Shown here: in pieces, positions 55,113-64,000 of the stretch | How positions within the stretch are numbered: position 1 is the first letter of the stretch | How the letters are laid out: every line of letters begins with the position of its first letter | NCBI GenBank assembly: GCA_964057225.1 | Contig: OZ059894.1 | Coordinates: 14,818,001 to 14,882,000, forward strand | Direction: 5' to 3' | DNA length: 64,000 nucleotides | From: Auanema rhodensis | Taxonomy: Eukaryota; Animalia; Nematoda | The notes under the pieces: model-generated | The model's database searches: none | What the model was told of the DNA's origin: nothing | The model's input: only the letters and a program-made list of their open reading frames with translations | Position numbers and translations under genes: made by a program

Positions 55113-58100
55113 CAGGCGATAACGCCTTCTTCACAAAAAGTTGTTGAAACTACACCCTTCGTTAAGATAATTACTCTTCCAACTCATGTTCGACTTGCCC
55201 CTGGACCCAGAATGGATCCTAGCACTTTTGCAACCAAATCAACTCCTCTGTCCACCTTTAATCGTGAGCAGTATATGTTGGAATTTAAAAAGAAGTTAAT
55301 GTCATTACCCAACGGTTCACCATCTTCAAGTTCTGAAGAGCAACCAACATTTGTGTTGAAGCCTTCTGCAAGTCCTCGTCGACCTCTCTTTACCTTGCCT
55401 CCTTCAGTATTCGAAGAAGCTACTACAACAGATTCCAATATAGCTACAACTCATCGGCATCGTTCGCACTATTCTCACCGTCGAGATTCCAACGATATCT
55501 ACTCCACTTCAAAAGATCTTCCGACTACACCAGAACCAGACTTTATCACAAAAGAAAAGACAAAAGTTGTAAAAACTTTGAATGAACTTGGAAAGTTAGC
55601 TGATCTATGTGAAGAACCACTTCATCCACGTCTGGAAGAAGATTGTTCGAATGAGAATTGGGTAGGCTTTCTCATTTTCTTAATAACTTAGTTCAATCTT
55701 GTAGGTTATTCGATGGTACTTCAATACAGATAAAGGTGCTTGTAAGTCGTTTTGGTATGGCGGATGTGACTCTGATGCTCGAAATTTCTTTTCAACTGTC
55801 TATGTTAGTTTCAAAACTTGGGCTGCAACTTTAAAGTTTTATTTTAGTCTTGTAAAACTGCTTGTGCTCATAAGTACCCTGTTGGGGAACAACAAATACA
55901 TGTTCCTGGAGCCGTCGTAACCACCACAGTATCTGTTCAAAGTGACCATGAGAGGGCTATAACTGATCCAGAAGTTCCGTCCGAATCTCAACATACCTTT
56001 TCGGATGAAGAGCATGAACAAGTTCATGTTCTTCCAACAGATCATCCAGTCAAGTATTATGATATATCACCAGATCTTCTGGAGAAGCCAAAATCAGAAC
56101 CAGATCAGGCAACATCCAACCATGTCAATGAAACACCACAACTCGAAGAACATCAGCAGTTTTCATCTGAAAATTTGAAGACAAACTTTGAATCAAGTTC
56201 AATAACCTTCTTTGATTTCTATAATAAATCGACTTCAGAAGATTTCTGTGATGATGGATATGATGAGAAATGGGATGAAGATTGTTCAAATGATGACTGG
56301 AAAGTTCGTTCTTACTATGACAGTAAGAAGAAAGGATGTAAAAAGTAAAACTTTCCCTCTAAAACATGTAAAAACGATTTTTGCCTAGATTCTGGTGGGG
56401 TGGATGCTTAACATCAAACCGAAACTTATGGAAAGATCAGCAGGTAGAGATTTCACTGATAACTGGCCGTTATAACGCTGTAACTTTCAGGAATGTATGG
56501 AGAAATGTGGACACAAGATGAAGACAAATTCTGAAAATAGTGGTACGAGCATAGTTTTAATGCCAGATTCTCGTAGTTCATTTTCTGTTTCTTACTCTGA
56601 CGTTCCCCGCAATTCAAATTCTTTAAATCATCATCGGCATCAACATCATCACCATCACCATCACAGCTCTCATTCACATAATCACCATCATCATCATCAT
56701 ACACGGCGTGATAGTTCACGTGAAGTATCTGATTCTTCTTCCTTTGCACCACATCATGCACTTCCTCTCACACAATCACAGTCCTCTGCTTCTTCTGAGT
56801 CCAGTACGTTGCGTCAGCCACGTGCTCAGCAGAAGAAGTTTCACATCAAAGGTCTTCAAGTTCGAATGACTGAAACACACTATCAGAAAGGTATTCGACG
56901 TACACGTCAACCCGCTTCAGAAGACGTAGTTGGAACAAAAGACGAACAATCTGATGTGGCAGTAGAAGAACAGCCTTCAACTGGTATTGACCAGGTCTCA
57001 ACAACGACGATGACAGCCAAAGATCTAGAGCATAAGAACCTTGTAGCTCAACATGCTTTCCAAGCTGATCTGAGCCGTCAGATGGCATCCATTCAAAGAG
57101 CTGAAGAGAATCGCGCAGACTTGGCATACAGTAAGGCTGTTGACCATCCAGTCACAGTAGCTTGTACGTTTTTCTTCGTAATATTCCGCTTTTTGTTGCT
57201 CTAAGCTTTGTTTTTTCTAGTTTTTCTATTTTTTCTGAACTTTTTGGTTGTTTTCCAGTCGATTCCATAGCTCCTTCACTCTTTCTTCGCAGATCTTCTA
57301 GCGCAGAGTTGATATTTTTAGGAATTACCCCGAAGAAAGAGTGATCCTTTGTTAATTTTTCCAAATTTTTATTTTTTTTTCAAAAGGGAGAGCATTTTCA
57401 TGCTGTGTTTGCTTTGATTTATGAATATGGGTTGAAGTTTTTGACAACAAAACCTGCCATTTTGCACTTTTCTATGAAACGTTCAAATTATGTTTTGCAA
57501 ATTCTGTAAATAATCCTGAAGATTTCTTAAAGAATTTCTCGATATTATATTGTCTGAAAAGGGGAACGTCTTGCAATTTATGTAATGCTCAATCAAGTTG
57601 TTTCTCAGAAATCTGTTTTTCGAATAAAACTTCTCAACATCTCTTTGTTTATTTGTATTTTTATTCATTATTTGGATTACTTTGAATGACGATCACTTTA
57701 AATGAATTCTGGAGACGTTCCCCCTTTCACCCATTTGGTAATGAATGGAAAATATGCTTTAGCTTCTTACAATCGTCATTACTGTATCCGAATATGCAGG
57801 TAAAGCTTTCTTCTTTCTGCTTTCGTGTGCCTATCCGTATCACTAAGGTACAGTATACTGTATCATATCATGGTATACTGTACTTTAGGATTACGGTATC
57901 TATATGTAGTAACTTAAACTATTCATGTAATTGCAGCTGAATGTTTGGAACGTTTTGATAAAAATTTAGAAAAATCTTGTTCTGGAGGTCATTTATGGAA
58001 AAATCGGTAACATCAAGATATTAATCAAGAAAGTTCTAAAAATCTCAGATTTTACTATGACCCGGATACAAGACAATGCAAAATGTATTGGAATGATGGA

Positions 58101-59708
58101 TGTTTCAGTACTTCAAGAAATAATTTTGATGATATTGAAAGTTGTTTATGGAAATGTGCTGGAAAACATCCAGAAGTTAAAGGAAGTATGATACTGGAAT
58201 ACAATTCTTTTCAAAGTTTTCATATCTTTAGGAGGTTGTTTGGAAAAGTTTGATACAGTATACCTCGGGGATTGTCGTTTGGGCGAGTTTTCCACCAGAT
58301 TTTACTTCGATCATGAGAAGTATTTTTTTATTTTTTTTTATTTTGCAAACCGCTACTTCTACTTTTAAGAAAACGTTGTGTTGCATTCCATTGGGGTGGA
58401 TGTCGATCTCCCAGTTTGAATTTCTTCACAGATTCTGGAGAATGCGAAGAAGTCTGCGAACGTCCACCAAGAGAACTCACTCGTAAGCTCAGAGGGTGGT
58501 TAAGTTGAACATCAGACAAGTCTTTTCAGAAGCTTGTATCCAACCATTTGATGACTCATACAAGGATTCCTGTAGTGCAACGGGCCGGTTCCAACAATTC
58601 TATTACTTTGATCATTCAACTCACAGATGTCAGATGTTCTGGTGAAAAACTTCTCAATTTTTTTAAATTTTTATTTGAAAAACCTTTAAGGTACGGTAAT
58701 TGCAAAGGAGAAAATGAAAATATTTTCCCATCTTTGGAAACATGCCAATGGATTTGTGAACGACATATCGAAGAAAGAACACCAAGTACTTGACTTAGTT
58801 TCGAATTGAAATGAAACTTAAATTTTGATTTTCAGATCATTGTGCTGCCAGATTTGATCCAAAGTATCAGGAATCATGTGGAAATGGAGAATGGCAAGAG
58901 AAATGGCATTTCGAGGTATGTCTTACGAGGATATTCCATCTTGTAATTCAAAATTTCAGCCCAAAACTGGAGAATGTAATTCATTCTGGTGGGATGGATG
59001 TGTTTCTAACTCTGAAAACATATTCCCTTCTGAAGAATCCTGTAAGAGGCATTGTGTTCATCCAGGTTATGCGGTTGAATCACGTCTGCCGGATCCAGAA
59101 ACCAAGTACCGATGTCTAGAACCAATAGAAATTGGAAATTGTCGAGAAACGTTGGATCTTCAATCCTTTATTCCTCAATTTTATTTTATTTTTTCACAGA
59201 TATCCAGCTTTCTATTATGATAAAACATCCAAAGTTTGTCGTCCTTTCGCTTATTCTGGATGTGATGGCAATGGAAATCGTTTCATGACCTTAAGTCAAT
59301 GTGAAGGATTATGTTACGAATTCAATGATATGACAGGTTTCTCAACTATTTTCTCAAATTTTTTTAGAAAAAACCACTTTTGCTCTTTAGAACCTGAGAT
59401 GGATTGTCATCAACCACTTCATATTGGTTATGGAAAGAACGATGATCATTGTTTAGCTCAAGCTAGCTATCGATTCTACTATGATCGTGAATATGGTATT
59501 TCCTAATCACAAATTATCAACATTTCTCCCAATTTCTCATCTTTTTCTAGGAAAATGTTCTCAATTCTGGTATTTGGGTTGTGGTGGTAATGCCAATAAT
59601 TTCCATTCTTATGAAGTTTGTCAACGTACTTGTCAAGTTGAACGAAGAAAATTGGAAAGAAAGCCAAGAGCCAACAGTCATGGTATCAATCATTCCGATA
59701 TCATATAG
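52249..59708 (+). CDS. 3'-truncated duplicate of the MEC-1-like gene (signal peptide, 2 EGF, 11 Kunitz; partial gene or pseudogene)
   Basis: Near-identical to the left copy up to the splice donor after ...KPRANSH. It then reads into unrelated DNA (GINHSDII-stop at 59708) and lacks the last three Kunitz domains and the C-terminus. Confidence 0.8.
53218..53231 (+). promoter_or_regulatory. Candidate UNC-86/MEC-3 binding site (CATnnnAAATGCAT), right copy
   Basis: Mirror of 50003-50016, with ATGCATTT at 53194-53201. Confidence 0.55.
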
Positions 59709-60141
59709 CTTTGAAATATCTAATCAGCTATTGCTTTATCTATCTTCAGTTATATTCAATAATTAATATTTGTTATAATAAATTTGTTTAATTTCAACTT
59801 TGATATCGATTAATTCTTAAATTTCATGTATTTTTGCTTCATAAATTCTGTCTTATATGTGAATGTCGAAGTACTTAACTATGAAAATAATGTATTCACA
59901 GTATAAGTGTCATCCAATATTTTCAAAAGTAAAGTAATAGAATTGAAACTGAATTAGTGAGTATTCAAGAAATTATATATCTGCCTGAGTTAATTTCATT
60001 TGTTTTCTTTTTTCTTTGTTTTTATAAAAGTGTATTCATATCCGATTTCAGGGCAGTAATTCCTCAGCTATTTCCTATGTGAGAAGTTTTATTTCAAGAA
60101 AAAGAAAAAGTATATAGAGAAAAGAGATTAGAAAGTGCTAA

Positions 60142-60242
<101 letters not shown>

Positions 60243-60557
60243 TAAATGAAAGAGAAAAACAGATATTTCCGAAACAAAACATATTGTAAACTCATTTTTT
60301 TCATTTTATTTAATTACATTGAATCCGAGTTGATCCTCTTTTAATCCATTAGTGATTACATTCAAATAGAAACAATAGAAACTATTTCTTCAATTTTTTG
60401 AAATTTTATGTCAAACGTACTCAACGTAAACTATTCATCTATTATTCACTTTTAGGTTTATCTTTCGAATAAAAAATGACTTGTTTGTGGATGCCGTTCG
60501 AAAATTGTAACATTTCCATAAGAATCTATGAGTTTTATTTCATTTTCTTTTCATTCA

Positions 60558-60593
<36 letters not shown>

Positions 60594-63344
60594 ACTCGTT
60601 TTTTTACTTCTTTTACCTCTTCTTCTCCTTTACTACAATTTCTGAAAATTGTTTTTCTCTTTCTATCTGACTTTTCTTCTCATTCTTCTATTTTCCCTCA
60701 CATATGTATATCTATCTCTGATTCCTGCCTCCTCATTGTCGCTCATATTCCTCTCCATTTTAAGCGATATTTCATTTCTATTTCCCTCATTCATTCAATC
60801 CGTTTTTATTTTACTTTCCATATAAACGATGACTTGAAACCTGTTCCAATAGGTCAGTATAATCAAATAATTATTTCATCGTTAAACCATCTAATGAGCT
60901 TATTCATTCTTCTTCATTCCTTATTCAAAATAAAATTCGTAGATTATGGACATTTACTCAATTTACAATTTTCTTTTTTGTGTTTACTCTTCCAAAAAAC
61001 AGAGAAATCAAGCAAAACGAAACCGTTTTACGATGTCAATCATTTCAGTATTTCCAAAAAGAAATTTAGTTATGTCATCTCTTCTTCGTTATCTCTTGGT
61101 TTATTTTATCAAATTTGAGGAAAAAGAAGAGTTTTTATTTCTTTTAAAACTATATGTTTCATACATTTATTATATGAATTCACCGTTTGTATGTATATCT
61201 TCTTTGAATATTTTCAACAAATTTGTCCTTCAATTCAATGAAAAATCTAGTTGTGACTGAATAGATATGTGTGAACCGTCTCTGCTCTTCTTATTCAATT
61301 ATCATTGAAGCAGTTCCAAATGAATAGCTCTTATTTCCTTTTATAGACGATATTATAGTTTATAAAACTAACACAAAGCACATTACATGTGTATCTCTCT
61401 TTTTGCCTTTCAATCTTTTTCAATTTCTCATTCATTCTCTATATATGTATGTACATACATATCTTTCTGATTTGTCATCCAAGATATTCAATCAACACAA
61501 TCCGTAGTCTATAATATGATTTTTAGCTTCTCATTGACCTTAGAAGCTTAATTGCAGAAGCTAGAGGAGTTACACGAATTAGTATCTGGTCACTCATTCA
61601 GTCAGAGACTACCAAGTAGTAGCGTGAGGACCGGAGTGCCAACACTCTCTCTCTCCATTCACCCTTCCATGTTTAGACGGCTGGTAGACATTAGGCGGAT
61701 CGATATACCACAATATATGTATATATATATATACATCTATATAAGTATATTTATTATATTTATCTATTTTATATTTAAAAATTATTTATAATCAATGAAA
61801 TTGAATGAATTAAGAAAAATTCGTTTTTTTTGACACTAATATGATTGAGATTTGACATAATTTTATGATTTTTTAAATTATATTTATTATAATTATTATA
61901 TAATTTATTTTAAATTAATATATTAAGTCAATAATATATATTTTTATTTTAAATGATCAATGATTATGATTATTTGCACTCTTCTACATATATAAATAAT
62001 ATACATATACATAGTATATAAATTCATCTAAAAGGATATTTAAAGCTTAACCTATTCAAGCATATAATCTTAAAGCATTTTATGATTTTAAGATTAAGAT
62101 TCAGACTGAATGATCATAAAGCTGTATAGTTTAAACGTTCAGGTTTCTGTTGTTACGTTCTAAAACACAACCACAACACATCGAAAAGTTTTTATTTCAA
62201 AATCATTCACTCGAAATCTAAGTTTGAACTTCTGTTTCTTTTTCCGAAACTACTTATGTATATTCTTTATTCATTTTTCATATTTAAATGATTTTATTCA
62301 TTTTTTATTTTATAAAACCAACTATTAGAAGTCACTCAATTAGTTATAAGTGAACTTATTATTTCTTCATTTCTTGATTTTTCATCTTTTTTTTTGTTTT
62401 AAAAATACAAAAATGTATATTATTAAATAATAATTAATTTAAATCGTTATTCGTGTATATAAACGTGTCTTTCAAGATGTGAATCATTTTATTTGCTCAC
62501 AATTGCTTTTCCGGATACAAATTGACAATGATTGTTAGGATAACATTCATTGCTTTCATTTGATTCTCTTTTCTACCTTATATTTCATCTTGATTTGTAC
62601 TTTTTTTTTGTCAAATAATTGTCAACTATTTATATCTTTAACCCTTCAAATTGTTTAATTCTGGCTTTCAATATGAGAACGAAAAGTATAAAAAGCATGT
62701 CTCGTGTATAGTATTCGTAAAGATTTGGACAAATTTCAATTGAATAATGATATTTACCTATCACCTATAAATATTTCTGCTGAAATTTATTTTTCTTCTT
62801 CATAAATTTTTCGAAAAAAAAATTTCTTTCATTCCTTTTATTTGAAAAAAAAAAGAAAAAATGAACTATGTATCTATACTTTGAATAATGTTTTAAAGGA
62901 TGAACAAGATCAATGTTAACTAGATTGATGATGAGAAAAAAAAGAGAAAAGTTTACTTGATGTTATAATAAAAAAAGAAAAAAGAAACATAAACTATGAC
63001 TAATACTTACCATATAATTATATTTGAAATATAAACAACATTCACTATTTCTATATTTAGTCATCAAAGTATTTGTTGTTGTTGTTGTTGTTTTTTTCTT
63101 ATATTTACGCAGAAGTAGGTAAAAAAAAATCTAAGAATGAAGAGAAAGTGAAGGAAACATTATCATCTTCATGTCTAATAACAGCTGCATTTCGTATAAT
63201 TTCTCTTAGTTATGAAGGATTTTCTGCTTGCTCAACATATTACAACCTTTCAAAGAGCTACAATGAGATTATACATCTGTTAAAATGAATATATTTTATC
63301 TTATGATTTTTCTTTTGATTTCGAAATTCATTTTATCTTCCATT

Positions 63345-63347
<3 letters not shown>

Positions 63348-63402
<55 letters not shown>
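63348..63402. repeat. (CT)n microsatellite
   Basis: About 54 bp of uninterrupted TC repeat. Confidence 0.95.
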
Positions 63403-63404
<2 letters not shown>

Positions 63405-64000
63405 ATTTCGTTAGGCCTGTTCTCCATCACGCAACCTTCAAAGCTGTACCCTCAATTCAATCAAACATCAGTTAGACCTCGTTCATCTCGTCGTCCTTTA
63501 ACTATTCTCTAGGACATTTTCAAGATAACTTTTAATATTCGTTCTAAAAATTATCATTCTAGTTATAGAAAATACATTTATAGCTAGGTTATGACAAACT
63601 ACAAACAAAATCAACACTACTTATTTGAAATTCATGTATGTATAAGGAAATTTCTATTTTCTTGAAATGTTTTTGAATTTTTGTCAAAAACATTTCATAA
63701 CCTCTCCTCTTAAAATGAGAAAAATTCTTTAAAAGATGTGCATTCCTACTTCTGCTTTTCACTCGTACTTCTTCAAATCAATCTAATAATTCGTATAAGT
63801 AAAGCAAATATCTATTATGAGTATTGAATATCTTTATATTTCATTCTAATATTAATATTCATATATCTTTTCAAATACATATAACTATATAGAAAATCTC
63901 ATTTATTTTCTTCTTTTTGTTTTTTTTCTTCAAAATGTTTATTTTTCTCACTGAAACTTGTCGCTTAGCAACTGAATACTTAAAGATATGATGTGAAACC

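Larger units (their letters stand above)
43548..59686. repeat. Giant inverted repeat: 7914-bp arms (43548-51461 and 51773-59686) with a 311-bp unique spacer
   Basis: Paired ORFs mirror each other with a constant coordinate sum of 103234, so there are no net indels. I saw only two mismatches, 44882/58352 and 49125/54109. Confidence 0.97.

Noticed and set aside
43548-59686. Palindrome as a foldback transposon, or arm differences as a footprint of the nearby deaminase
   Set aside because: The arms are host gene sequence with no transposase, TIR subrepeats or target-site duplication. Both mismatches are transversions, not C-to-T.
61552-61710. GC-richer patch that might be an exon or small RNA
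   Set aside because: I could not identify a convincing spliced frame, hairpin or known RNA motif.

Overview
AT-rich eukaryotic DNA with many very short (about 40-60 nt) GT-AG introns and TTTCAG acceptors, typical of a rhabditid-type nematode. Genes I could splice by eye, left to right: an RNPYSW-repeat neuropeptide precursor (+); a convergent FMRFamide-receptor-like GPCR (-) followed by about 10 kb of non-coding DNA; an internally deleted mariner fossil; a membrane-anchored alpha-carbonic-anhydrase-like protein with a degenerate active site (-); a 12-exon gene fusing three CXC (tesmin/CRC-like) zinc modules to an AID/APOBEC-like deaminase domain (-); a ground-like (grl) hedgehog-related gene (+); a divergent ATP-grasp protein (-); two small genes (-); rps-30 plus an AROS-like gene in a probable operon (+); and a mec-1-like EGF/multi-Kunitz matrix gene (-). 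The 5' 7.9 kb of the mec-1-like locus is duplicated as a near-perfect head-to-head palindrome (arms 43548-51461 and 51773-59686, 311-bp spacer), giving a second copy truncated at the C-terminus. The two strongest leads are the CXC-APOBEC-like deaminase and the giant palindrome. All gene models and family calls come from manual reading and motif recall, not database searches. Exon boundaries may be off by a few bases.
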